Source: Octopus sinensis (Eukaryota). Taken from it: 64,000 bases of DNA. Below the pieces are notes generated by a model. That model searched no databases and had not been told where the DNA came from. It saw only the letters and a program-made list of their open reading frames with translations. Position numbers and translations under genes: made by a program. Location of the stretch: positions 14,694,001 through 14,758,000 of the forward strand of contig NC_043024.1 in the NCBI RefSeq assembly GCF_006345805.1. Direction: 5' to 3'. Positions 42,401 to 54,364 of the stretch are shown here, one piece after another (within the stretch, counting starts at the first letter, position 1; each line of letters opens with the position of its first letter).

Positions 42401-42689
42401 ACTGCGTGTGTAATTTTTTGTCTTAAATATAATATATATTACAATTTCAATGTCCTTGGTCATAAACATAAGAGAAAATCCCAGGGAAGCCCAAGAAAGA
42501 GATTTATAAAGGAAAACATTTTATCATGTCAATATTGCATTTAAATCACCACATGTGAGAATGGTTAGAGAGATCATGCACAAGAGGACAGAAGGGGCAA
42601 TAAGCTAAGAGTGTGTGTTTGTATTTGTATAAATAGTATTTTATCTTAAATATAATATATATTACAATTTTTATATTCTAAAATTTCAG

Positions 42690-42731
42690 CATCATCTACT
42701 GCAGTCCCATACTCCTCATCTATTCAGACAG
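42690..42731 (+). CDS. Microexon B6, 42 nt (ASSTAVPYSSSIQT)
   Basis: ttttatattctaaaatttcag|CA...CAGACAG|gttagt. Confidence 0.8.
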
Positions 42732-42821
42732 GTTAGTGAATAAAAACTTATGTCTACTTTGTAAATACACACACACACACATATGGTTATATGTAAATGT
42801 ATCATTTTGTTAATCTCTAAA

Positions 42822-43125
42822 TCTTTATATATAAAACTGAAGTTGTGTGAGAGTCTGTCTCCTCCGATTTAGATTCCTAACTGCTCCCACATTTTGCGGT
42901 GCAGTTTAACCAAAAGCGTGTATCTTATAGTCGTGATTCATATCGAACCCTTCTGGTATTAGCACACGTCAACGATGAGTCTACGATTTAAAAAAAAATT
43001 TACCATCATTTTTTCGCTTTTTAATTTTTTTTTTTGCTCGGTTTATATAAGGGAAGTAACTCTCTAAAAATGCTTATATAGTTATTTCCCTTACAAACCC
43101 GAGCAACGCCGGGCGATACTGCTAG
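42822..43125 (+). mobile_element. Non-autonomous Helitron (same family as 35379)
   Basis: A|TC...hairpin...CTAG|T; the homologous site in the other B units is empty. Confidence 0.85.
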
Positions 43126-43386
43126 TATACTATAAAATATATTAAATATTTTTATAAGTCAGTAGCATGTTCTACTCTGTTAGAAGTGCATTTTTGTAAG
43201 TGAAATAATGTAAAGAGTACTGCTAACAGAGTAGAACATGGTGTTGACTTATAAAAACATTTATAAATGATATTTGATAATGTCCTATGGATTTGAAAAC
43301 AAATTCATATGTGCTACACAGAAATATATATCACAAGGTATTAGTAAAGTATAAAAATATCCATTCACAAATCATTATCATTATTA

Positions 43387-43417
<31 letters not shown>

Positions 43418-43500
43418 CTAGCAGTTAAGGCTGGTTTCACCCGGTCGGTTTGGATGATGTGGCTGTAAAACCTGCTCTGTGTAATCATTTGACTTGTTTG

Positions 43501-43728
43501 GCGGCGAGCTGGCAGAAACGTTAGCATGCTGGGCGAAATGCTTAGCAGTATTTCGTCTGCCGCTACGTTCTGAGTTCAAATTCCACCAAGGTCGACTTTG
43601 CCTTTCATCCTTTAAGGGTCGATAAATTAAGTACCAGTTACACACTGGGGTCGATATAATCGACTTAATCCGTTTGTCTGTCCTTGTTTGTCCTCTCTGT
43701 GTTTAGCCCCTTGTGGGTGGTAAATAAA
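43501..43728 (+). mobile_element. SINE family C
   Basis: gcggcgagctggcagaaacgttagc head...ccccttgtggg. Confidence 0.85.
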
Positions 43729-44592
43729 TACATTTGACTTGTTTGGGCACGCTTACATTAAAAAACAATTTTAGAATGAATTTTTTCTATCAAAAAGCTA
43801 AAAATAACTGACCAACAAAAAAAAAAAGCCAAGATTCAACCAAATCAAAAAATAAACCCAAATACTAAGCGAACAAAGATGAACCATCCCACTTCCATTG
43901 AGCACACACACACAAACACACACACTAACACACATATTCACGTACCCCCCCTTTACATACACACACACATATTCACGCAGAGTTGAAATGCTGTTTGATT
44001 TATTTTTCCAGCGTACAATTTTCATCATCCCACTACCAAATATGGCATCACCCTTTCCTTCCTTATTCATCTATCACCCCTTCCTTTCTCATATATAAAC
44101 ACAAGAGTATTATTATAGTAGATTATCTTGGTAACCATGGGAGCTATGAAAATATACAAAACCCAGCAACGCCACTGAATCATTCTACACATCTGCGTAA
44201 TTTTTCACGCAATTCTACCCAGCCGTTTGACCGTGAATCCCAAGAAAGAACCACCTATATCAAATTTATATGCATAGATATATTAAATCTCTGAGTGAGA
44301 TGTAAACAGTAGCAATATGGAATCGTAACATATGATTGCCAGCCAAGTGTGGTGTCCTATACGGGACAGTGCTAATGAGATTTATAGCCCCAAGGAGACA
44401 TCTCTTCCTGCTGGTAACTTACCCTTAACAAAAATTTTAGTGGGGTTGCAAACAGCACCCCATGCTGGTTAATATAAGAGAAGATGTATCTAATTTTTAG
44501 AAAAAACTCAGAAGTCAATATCTCTAAAAACTTTCTGTAGGTTCTGAATCCACATGTCTATGTGTGTGTGTGTGTATGTGTGTTATTAAGTA

Positions 44593-45041
44593 TCAGGTTA
44601 TTAAGAAGGAAATATCCGATTTTCTAGACAACCAACATTGGTTGATAGAGACAGGCCAGTTCTCTTGCAAGACAATGCTCAACCACATGTTGCACAAAAA
44701 ACACTACTCAAGTTAGAAGAACTGAACTTGGAAGTACTCCGTCGTCTACCATATTCTCCAGACCTGCACCAACTGACTATCATGTTTTCCAGGCATTAGA
44801 CAACTTTTTGCAAGGAAAAAACTTCAAATCTGAAGAATATGCAAAAAACAGCCTTTCGTGATTCCATCACCTCTTGCTCTCCAGAATTCTTCGCTGTTGA
44901 CATAAATAAGCTTCTGATAAAATGGCAAAATTGTGTTGATAATTTAGGCACATACTTTGATTAACTGCATTGCTTTTTGCTGAGATAACTTTAAAATAAA
45001 CTTTCAGTTCAAAATTGGACATTTCATTCTTAATGACCTGA
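44593..45041 (+). mobile_element. Internally deleted mariner transposon (second family)
   Basis: Imperfect TIRs tcaggttattaagaaggaaatatccgatttt / aaaattggacatttcattcttaatgacctga with TA TSDs; LLQDNAQPHVA...LPYSPDL. Confidence 0.88.
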
Positions 45042-45101
45042 TAATATAAAATTCTACCTGTTAAATTTTGAGAGTGTGTGTGTGTGTGCATGCATGGACG
45101 T

Positions 45102-45134
<33 letters not shown>

Positions 45135-45545
45135 GTTTAACATCCGTTTTCTGCGCTAGCACGGGTTGGGCGGTTTAACCGGGGTCTGGGAAGTCAGGGG
45201 CTGCACCAGGCTCCGGCCTGATCTGGCAGTGTTTTTACAGCTGGATGCCCTTCCTAACGCCAACCACTCCGCGAGTGTAGTGGGTGCTTTTTACGTGCCA
45301 CCGGCACAGGTGCCAGGGGAGTCTGGCATCGGCCACGATCGATTGGTGCTTTTAACGTGCTACTGGCACAGAAGCCAGCCAGGATGGCGCTGGCATCGGC
45401 CACGTTCAGATGGTGCTTTTTATGTGCCACCAGCACAGAAGCCAGTCGAGGCGGTGCTGGCAACGGTCACGTTCGGATGGTGCTTTTTATGTGTCACCGG
45501 CACAGGTATCACAACTACTATTTCCATTGATATTTATTTCGATGT
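45102..45545 (-). mobile_element. RTE-type LINE 3' end
   Basis: (cat)n tail followed by the reverse complement of the 3' UTR seen at 37170-37930. Confidence 0.75.
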
Positions 45546-45734
45546 TCATGAATATCAATGGTTTTATATCTTTTTACAGAGACTAGGAAAAATATAAAAT
45601 TGTATTTACTTTAATTCTGAGAATTCTCTTCAACAACTATTCATTAAAAACTATCATATAAACATGTTTCTTTTTGTTAAAAAAACAAAGACAAAATCTT
45701 ATTTAACATCATTTTACTCTTTCCACCTCTATAG

Positions 45735-45794
45735 CTTCAACACAGCTTCCTCCCTCCATTGTAACTTCACAACCAGTTACACCTCAGACAACAG
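45735..45794 (+). CDS. Microexon A2, 60 nt (ASTQLPPSIVTSQPVTPQTT)
   Basis: ttttactctttccacctctatag|CT...ACAACAG|gtaagt; phase 1-1. Confidence 0.85.
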
Positions 45795-46079
45795 GTAAGT
45801 TCTTAACCATATGAATCATTTCTTCAAATATGTTGTTTACATACAGAACTTGTATAGGTTCCATTTAAAACCTAAACAGATTATTCTTGCCCATTTCTCA
45901 GCTTTTAAGACTATACTTAAAGAAATTATTAGTTGTCATTTTGGTTTTCTGTGATAGTTCAGATCTTTTCAATGGTATTTTATTTGCATACATACTTACA
46001 TACATACAGAGCCTTGATGTAAAATAACTTTGTGTTTATAACAATTTGAGGAAACAAATGCAACTGACAGCCATAATAA

Positions 46080-46460
46080 TAGGAGCACTCCGTCGGTTGC
46101 GACGATGAGGGTCCCAGCTGATACGATCAGCGGAACAGCTTGCTCGTGATATTAACGTGCAAGTGGCTGAGCACTCCACAGACACGTGTACTCTTAACGT
46201 AGTTCTCAAGGAGATTCAGCATGACACAGAGTGTGACAAGGCTGGCCTTCTGAAATACAGGTACAAGAGAAACAGGAAGAAAGAGCAAGAGAAAGTTGTG
46301 GTGAAAGAGTACAACAGGGTTCACCACCACCCCCTGCCAGAGCCTCGTGGAGCTTTAGGTGTTTTCGCTCAATAAACACTCACAATGCCCGGTCTGGGAA
46401 TCGAAACCGCGATCCTCCGACCGCGAGTCCGCTGCCCTAACCACTGGGCCATTGCACCTC
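46080..46460 (-). mobile_element. SINE family B, full length
   Basis: 12-bp TSD cagccataataa. Confidence 0.9.
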
Positions 46461-46865
46461 CAGCCATAATAAAACTGTGAGTCTGACTAAGTTGATTTTT
46501 GTTCAGCCTCTGGGCAATCAGAATAACATGTCCTCTTTGTTGAATTATTTTATTTATCTACTGCAGTGCTTTTCAAACTTTTTGCTGGAGCGGAACCCCA
46601 AGGAAACATTCCACTGGCTCGAGGAACTCCTGTGCAATAATTTAATAGTCTTATGCACACATATCTACACAGGAGAATTAAAAATTACTGCCGATATTAG
46701 AAGTTTTGTAACTTCTTGCGGAACCCCTGGACTGTGCTGGCGGAACCCTGGTTGAGAACCACTGATCTACTGATATACAAAATGTGACACTTAATTATGA
46801 GGCTGCATTGAAACTCAAAATAACTGGATTATGTTTAATTTGCAAAGCTTAGATTCCAAGGACGT

Positions 46866-47235
46866 ATGTTCTCTTTACTCTTTTACTTGTTTCAGTCATT
46901 TGACTGCCACCATGCTGGAGCACTGCCTTTAGTCGAACAAATCGACCGACCCCAGGACTTATTCTTTGTAAGCCTTGTACTTTGCCGAACCGCTAAGTTA
47001 CAGGCATGTAAACACACCAAGCGATGGTGGGGGGACATACACAGAGAAACAAACAAACACACACACACATATATGATGGGTTTCTTTCAGTTTCCATCTA
47101 CCAAATTCATTCAAGGCTTTGGTCAGCCCCGAGGCTTTAGTAGAAGACACTTACCCAAGGTACCATGCAGTGGGACTAAACCCGGAACCATCTGGCTAGA
47201 AAACAAGCTTCTTACCACACAGCCACTCCTGTGCC
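46866..47235 (-). mobile_element. SINE family A
   Basis: Reverse complement of the consensus. Confidence 0.85.
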
Positions 47236-47440
47236 TCCTTAAGTTTTGTGAATACAAAAATTTTGGAGGAACATGGCTGAAAGTTTAGTGTTAACTAGAG
47301 ACATGTAGGGCTGTTTGGGCTAAAAAGTTTGCTTCACAACCATGTGATATCATGGTTGGTTCTACAGCATGGTACCTTATGCTGGTGTTTTCATCTGTTG
47401 CTTGAAGCCAAGTAACATCTTGTAAATGAATTTGACAGAT

Positions 47441-47850
47441 GGCGCAGGAGTGGCTGTGTGGTAAGTAGCTTGCTAACCAACCACATGGCTCTGGGTTCAG
47501 TCCCACTGCATGGCATCTTGGGCAAGTGTCTTCTGCTATAGCCCCGGGCCGACCAATGCCTTGTGAGTGGATTTGGTAGACGGAAACTGAAAGAAGACTG
47601 TCGTATATATGTATGTATATATATGTGTGTGTGTGTGTTTGTGTGTCTGTGTTTGTCCCCCTAGCATTGCTTGACAACCGATGCTGGTGTGTTTACGTCC
47701 CCGTTACTTAGCGGTTCGGCAAAAGAGACCGATAGAATAAGTACTGGGCTTACAAAGAATAAGTCCCGGGGTTGATTTGCTCGACTAAAGGCGGTGCTCC
47801 AGCATGGCCGCAGTCAGATGACTGAAACAAGTAAAAGAGTAAAGAGTAAA
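47441..47850 (+). mobile_element. SINE family A
   Basis: ggcgcaggagtggctgtgtggtaag head, full length. Confidence 0.9.
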
Positions 47851-47995
47851 GAGATGGAAATTGCAGAAAACCTGTTTGTGTGTGTGTGTGATCATGATGA
47901 TGGTCATCATCATTGCTATTTCACGTGCATTTTTCATGCTAGTATGTCCAGGATGGTGTGTGTGTGCATGGAGATACACTTGTATTTTTTTATAT

Positions 47996-48411
47996 CTTGG
48001 CTGTGTGGTAAGTAGCTTGCTTACCAACCACACGGTTCTAGGTTCAGTCCCACTGCGTGACACCTTAGGCAAGTGTCTTCTATTATAGCCTCAGACCGAC
48101 CAAAGTCTTGTGAGTGAATTTGGTAGACGGAAACTGAAAGAAGCCCTTCGTATATATGTATATATGTGTATATATAAATATATATATGTATGTGTGTGTG
48201 TATATATTTGTGTGTCTGTCCCCACAACATCATTTGACAACTGATGTTGGTGTGTTTACGTCCCCGTAACTTAGCAGTTTGGCAAAAGAGACCGATAGAA
48301 TAAGTACTAGGCTTACAAAGAATAAGTCCTGGGGTTGATTTGCTCGACTAAAAAGAGGTGGTGCTCCAGCATGGCTGCAGTCAAATAACTGAAATAAGTA
48401 AAAGAGTAAAA
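47996..48411 (+). mobile_element. SINE family A
   Basis: Full body and tail. Confidence 0.88.
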
Positions 48412-48522
48412 GATTTTAGCACTAAGAAAAAAATAAAATAAAACTGGATATAATATATAGAAAAATATAACATTGAATATACTTCAATCCAGAGATTTCT
48501 CTTCAACTACTATTCATCAAGC

Positions 48523-48869
48523 CGGTCAGTCGGGACCCCCTTCGGTCACGACACTGACCATGGGACTGCACCTAGAAAGTTACCCTTCGAGGCACAAGTC
48601 TGGGCAAGGTGGTTTATGGAAGACCAGCAGTCGCCCATGCATACCGACCTCCTCTCTCCACACCACTGATGCTATCCAAGGGAAAGGCAAAGGGGCCGAT
48701 ACAGCTTGGCACCTGTGACGTCGCAACTCATTTCTACAGCTGAGTGAACTGGAGCAACGTGAAATAAAGTGTCTTGCTCAAGAACACAACACGCAGCCCG
48801 GTCTGGGATTCGACCTCACAACCTCACGATTGTAAGTTCGATGCTCTAACCACTGAGCCATGCGCCTTC
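48523..48869 (-). mobile_element. tRNA-derived SINE (family E)
   Basis: Head ggcgcatggctcagtggttagagc...ggtcgaatccc; 14-bp TSD actattcatcaagc; the site is empty in the other A units. Confidence 0.9.
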
Positions 48870-48965
48870 ACTATTCATCAAGCACTACCATATAAACATG
48901 TCTATTTCTGTTAAAAAAACATAGACATCAACCTATTTAACATTTTACTCTTTCCACATTAACAG

Positions 48966-49022
48966 CTTCAGTACATCCGTCCTCCATTCCATCTTCACAA
49001 CTAGTTACACCTCATACAACAG
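48966..49022 (+). CDS. Microexon A3, 57 nt (ASVHPSSIPSSQLVTPHTT)
   Basis: ttttactctttccacattaacag|CT...ACAACAG|gtaaag; phase 1-1. Confidence 0.8.
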
Positions 49023-49069
49023 GTAAAGTAGGTAACCATAGGAATAATATGTTCAAATTTTCTTGTATA

Positions 49070-49680
49070 TCTCTATATATATAAATGGCAAAATGTCTGT
49101 GTGTGTGTCCTTTATACAAATCCACAGTTAATCAGTTAGAGGGCTCGCACTTTCTATGGTCATTCAAAACCGTCCAAAGGTGGTCGTGTACATCTTTCTG
49201 GAAAAAAGTAGCTTAGAGGTCAGATATGTTGAATGCACTCAAAAAAACTAGTGGAAAAATAATTATTTCACACCAAGATATGAACGGGTCCTTTACGAAT
49301 ATTTACTCCCGAATGAAACTGGGTCCTTCTGCTTGTAATCTCTATATATATAAGTGGCAAAATGTCTGTGTGTGTGTCCTTTATACAAATCCACAGTTAA
49401 TCAGTTAGAGGGCTCGCACTTTCTATGGTTATTCAAAATCATCCAAGGGTGGTCGTGCACATCTTTACATTTCCCCAGTCACCCCGAAAAGCCATTAAAA
49501 AATCAATAGAAGTGATCTATCCAAAACCCAATCAAAATGCTCGAAACTTGATACGCCAATTGAATGCCAGCTAGCTGTATGTAATAGGTCAGAGATTTAG
49601 ACAGTACTCGTGTGTATGTGTGCATGCACGCAGCTGTATATGCATGCACTAGCACTATGACCCGGCGTTGCCAGGTCATA
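49070..49680. mobile_element. Helitron-like fragments (two tandem 5' ends on +; a hairpin-CTAG end on -)
   Basis: a|tctctatatat at 49070 and 49339; reverse-complement tatgacctggcaacgccgggtcatagtgctag at 49649-49680. Confidence 0.55.
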
Positions 49681-49925
49681 AACACACCAGCATCGGTTGT
49701 CAAGCAATGCTAGGGGGACAAACACAGACACACAAACATACACGCACACACACATATATACATATATACGACGGGCTTCTTTCAGTTTCCGTCTACCAAA
49801 TCCACTCACAAGGCTTTGGTCGGCCCGAGGCTATAGTAGAAGACACTTGCCCAAGGTGCCACGCAGTGGGACTGAACCCGGAACCATGTGGTTGGTAAGC
49901 AAACTACTTACCACACAGCCACTCC
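49681..49925 (-). mobile_element. SINE family A (5' part)
   Basis: Reverse complement of head and middle. Confidence 0.85.
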
Positions 49926-50127
49926 TATATATTTATATTTTTTTCTTATATCTTTTCATAGAGACTTTAGCACTTAGAAAAATATAAAATTGAATATAAT
50001 CCGTTTCTGTGATTTCTCTTAAACTACTATTCATCAAGCACTATCATATATACATGTTTAATTCTGTTAAAAAAAAGATATAGACATCAACTTATTTAAC
50101 AACATTTTACTCATTCGACATTAACAG

Positions 50128-50184
50128 TTTCAGTATATCCTTCCATCATTGTAACTTCACAACTAATTACACCTCATACAACAG
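50128..50184 (+). CDS. Microexon A4, 57 nt (VSVYPSIIVTSQLITPHTT)
   Basis: ttttactcattcgacattaacag|TT...ACAACAG|gtaaag; phase 1-1. Confidence 0.78.
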
Positions 50185-50257
50185 GTAAAGTATTTAACCA
50201 CATGAATCATTTCTTCAAATATGTTCTTTATATATAGAACATCTATAAGTGCTATTT

Positions 50258-50550
50258 GTGGAGGTGCAATGGCCCAATGGTTAGGGCAGCGGACTTGTGG
50301 TCGTAGGGCCGTGGTTTTGATTCCCAGACCGGGCGTTGTGAGTGTTTATTAAGCGAAAATACCTAAAGCTTCACGAGGCTCTGGCAGGGGATGGTGGTAA
50401 TCCCTGCTGTACTCTTTCACCACAACTTTCTCTCACTCTTTCTTCTGTTGGCCTGCTCACTTAGCCAGCAGGGTGGCGTCATTTGAAGGCTAAAACAATG
50501 CAAAGCGCATTGTGACCAGCGATGTGTAGCAACATATGATACCCTGGTCT
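50258..50550 (+). mobile_element. SINE family B variant
   Basis: gtggaggtgcaatggcccaatggttaggg head. Confidence 0.8.
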
Positions 50551-50578
50551 ATAAAGGTGATATATATTAATTATTACA

Positions 50579-50743
50579 GGCGCAGGTGTGGCTGTGTGGT
50601 AAGTATCTTGTTTACCAACCATATGGTTCCAGGTTCAGTCCCACTGCGTGGCACCTTGGGCAAGTGTCTTCTACTATAGCCTCGGGCTGACCAAAGCCTT
50701 GTGAGTGGATTTGGTAGACAGAAACTGAAAGAAGCCTGTCGTA

Positions 50744-50796
<53 letters not shown>

Positions 50797-51020
50797 ATGT
50801 GTTTGTGTGTCGGTGTTTGTCCCCCTAGCATTGCTTGACAACCGATGCTGGTGTGTCTACGTCCCCGTCACTTAGCGGTTCAACAAAAGAGACCGATGGA
50901 ATAAGTACTGGGCTTACTAAGAATAAGTCCCGGGGTCGATTTGCTTGATTAAAGGCGGTGCTCCAGCATGACAACAGTCAAATGACTGAAACAAGTAAAA
51001 AGAGTAAAAAGAGAAAAAGA
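50579..51020 (+). mobile_element. SINE family A
   Basis: Full length. Confidence 0.88.
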
Positions 51021-51082
51021 GTATATGTGGAAGTGTTGAAGAAGATGAAAGAGAAGAGACAGTTGATGGATACTAACAGAGA

Positions 51083-51465
51083 GGAGGCGCGATGGCCCAG
51101 TGGTTAGGGCAGCGGACTCGCGGTCGTAGGATCGCGGTTTCGATTCCCAGACCGGGCATTGTGAGTGTTTATTGAGCGAAAACACCTAAAGCTCCACGAG
51201 GCTCCGGCAGGGGATGGTGGTGATCCCTGCTGTACTCTTTCACCACTACTTTCTCTCACTCTTACTTCCTGTTTCTGTTGTGCCTGTATTTCAAGGGGCC
51301 AGCCTTGTCACTCTCTGTGTCACACTGAATATCCCTGAGAACTATGTCAAGGGTACATGTGTCTGTGGAGTGCTCAGCCACTTACACGTTAATTTCACAA
51401 GCAGGCTGTTCCGTTGGTCGGATCAACCGGAACACTCATCGTCGTAACCGACAGAGTGCTTCCAC
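51083..51465 (+). mobile_element. SINE family B, full length
   Basis: 11-bp TSD actaacagaga. Confidence 0.9.
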
Positions 51466-51475
51466 ACTAACAGAG

Positions 51476-51725
51476 AAGAGACAGTGGAGATATGTTGGTC
51501 ATTTTCTCAGAGAGGATGATGGAATGGAGCATTACATGGTGGAGACTGAGTTGGTGGGAAGGAGAGTGAGAGGGAGGCAGAGAATGAAGATGTTTGGCTG
51601 GATGAAGAAGAGAATGAATGTGCAGAGCAAGAAAGACCTGGGTGATGTTGCGAGAGACAGAAATAAATAGAGGAGGAACAAGCCATGATCCATCAATGGC
51701 ATGGATATGCCATGACAGAAGAAGG
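51476..51725 (+). mobile_element. RTE-clade LINE C-terminal fragment
   Basis: RQWRYVGHFLRED...GRRVRGRQR...W...ARDRNK resembles RTE ORF C-termini. Confidence 0.65.
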
Positions 51726-51734
51726 AGATACGAA

Positions 51735-52530
51735 GGCGGTGAGCTGGTAGAAACGTTAGCATGCCGGGTGAAATCCTCAGCAGTATTTCGTCTGCCGCTA
51801 CGTTCTGAGTTCAAATTCCGCCGAGGTCGACTCTGCCTTTCATCCTTTCAGGGTCGATTAAATAAGTACCAGTTACGCACTGGGGTCGATATAATCGACT
51901 TACTCCCTCTGCCTGTCCTTGTTTGTCCTCTCTGTGTTTGGGATTGGAAGCACTCCGTCGGTTACAACGATGAGGGTTCCAGTTGATCCGATCAACGGAA
52001 CAGCCTGCTCGTGAAATTAACGTGTAAGTGGCTGAGCACTCCACAGACACGTGTACCCTTAACATAGTTCTCGGGGATATTCAGCGTGACACAGAGAGTG
52101 ACAAGGCCGGCCCTTTGAAATACAGGTACAACAGAAACAGGAAGTAAGAGTGAGAGAAAGTTGTGGTGAAAGAGTACAGCAGGGATCACCACCATCCCTG
52201 CCGAGGTCGACTTTGCCTTTCATCCTTTCAGGGTCGATTAAATAAGTACCAGTTATGCACTGGGGTCAATGTAATCGACTTACTCCCTCTGTCTGTCCTT
52301 GTCCTCTCTGTGTTTAGCTCCTTGTGGGTAGTAAAAAAATAGGTATTTCGTCTGCCGCTACGTTCTGAGTTCAAATTCCGCCGAGGTCGACTTCGCCTTT
52401 CATCCCTTTGGGGTTGATAAATTAAGTACCAGTTACATACTGGGGTCGATCTAATCGACTTAATCCATTGTGTCTGTCCTTGTTTGTTCCTTCTATGTTT
52501 AGCCCCCTTGTGGGTAGTAAAGAAATGAGA
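51735..52530. mobile_element. Nested SINE cluster: family C (+) interrupted by a partial family B (-, 51946-52200)
   Basis: Family C head at 51735, C modules at 52201-52530, reverse-complement B body between them. Confidence 0.8.
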
Positions 52531-52557
52531 AAGAGAGAGATATATAGAGAGATATAT

Positions 52558-52953
52558 AGGCGCAGGAGTGGCTGTGTGGTAAGTAGCTTGCTAACCAGCC
52601 ACATGGTTCCGGGTTCAGTCCCACTGTGTGGCACCTTGGGCAAGTGTCTTCTGCTATAGCCCCGGGCCGACCAATGCCTTGTGAGTGGATTTGGTAGACG
52701 GAAACTGAAAGAAGCCTGTCGTATATATGTATATATATATATATATATATGTGTGTCTGTGTTTGTCCCCCTAGCATTGCTTGACAACCGATGCTGGTGT
52801 GTTTACGTCCCCGTCACTTAGCGGTTCGGCAAAAGAGACTGATAGAATAAGTACTAGGCTTACAAAGAATAAGTCCCGGGGTCGATTTGCTTGACTAAAG
52901 GCGGTGCTCCAGCATGGCTGCAGTCAAATGACTGAAACAAGTAAAAGAGTAAA
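52558..52953 (+). mobile_element. SINE family A
   Basis: Full length. Confidence 0.9.
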
Positions 52954-52989
52954 ATAATATATTATTTCTTTCTTTTTTTTTCTTTGCAG

Positions 52990-53258
52990 AAAAACCATGT
53001 GAAATGGTAAATCTTATGAGTGCTCCTGACCTTCTTCCTGATTCATACATTACCGTTACAAGCAACCAAGAGAATGCATCTGAAATAAGACATTTACGTC
53101 AAGGTTGGGTTTCAGATAAAAGGGATTATTTCCCTACAGTTCACATTTTCCTCCCAAGTCAGTATTTGATATTCGGTGCTCGTTTAAGCCTGTCAATTAA
53201 AAAAAATATAAGAACATTTGATTTATTTTTTGAAAGTGTAAAAGACAAACCTTCACAG
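52990..53258 (+). CDS. Exon encoding the N-terminal part of a divergent discoidin/F5-8 type C-like domain
   Basis: Long T tract ttctttgcag|AA AAA CCA TGT...CCT TCA CAG|gttagt; phase 1 to 0; KPCEMVNLM...LPDSYITVTS...LRQGWVSDKRDYFPTVHIFL...IRTFDLFF. Confidence 0.82.
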
Positions 53259-54082
53259 GTTAGTATATATTCCTTTATGTCTTTCTGTTTTTTGCATCTT
53301 TTTGTTCTACTGCCAGCATTGTATTTATATAATTTACGAGCTAAAGCCCCCCCCCCCATCATCTAATGGACGGTGCTGAATCATATATGCTGAATAAAAA
53401 GCAATCAGTGTTTTCTTTTCATTAAAAAATAATTAAGCATGCCTTTATTTCAACAAAATTTTTGGTTTTATTAAATGAAGTTAAGGCCAAAAAAAAACTT
53501 CTTGAGAAACCATATAGTCTTTCCTTCCTTCATGCCAAGCTTGAAGAAAATATCTCTTTTGCATCTTACTTTTTTGGTCTCTTAAATATCCTTCATTTTG
53601 TGGCATTATTTCAAGCCAGCCGGCTTTTTTTGCACAAACTGCATGTGCATTTTTCTCGCGTACGTGTAGTATCGATCACAACAGCTGATGTACTTGCGTG
53701 TACAAATGCATGTTCTCACGGCTTTATCGATCGCATTCTCACCTGGAATCGATTTTTGTAATTTTTTCAAGACTTATACACACCCTGATACCATCGGTAT
53801 CTGCATATCAAATTTGAGTACAATCGGATGGAGGATGCCTGAGATCCTAGAAGACACACACACACAAGAACGGATTTTATATGATAGATTACTCCTGCTT
53901 TCAAACAACTCTTTTATCTATGTTTGCACTGAACCCACTTTCGTGTGTACACATGCACACACACACACACACACATGCACGTGCGCAAGGTGGGTTCATA
54001 AAAAGAGTACACTTGATATTATAGAACGGGCATAATTTGAATAGAAAATTATAATTATAATTATAAATTATAAATTGTTTTG

Positions 54083-54228
54083 AATTCAGACTTTGCCTTT
54101 CATCCTTTCGGGGTCGATTAAATAAGTACCAGTTACGCACTGGGGTCGATGTAATCGACTTAATCTGTGTGTCTGTCCTTGTTTGTCCCCTCTGTGTTTA
54201 GCCCCTTGTGGGTAGTAAAGAAATAGGT
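54083..54228 (+). mobile_element. SINE family C, 3' part
   Basis: gactttgcctttcatcctttcggggtcga...aaataggta. Confidence 0.8.
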
Positions 54229-54308
54229 AAGTGCTGTAACAGACTACTGGGGCTCCAAGGCTATAACCAAGATGGTAGTTATGGAGCCATTGCAGATTTC
54301 CAATACAG

Positions 54309-54355
<47 letters not shown>

Positions 54356-54364
54356 CCGCGTGTG

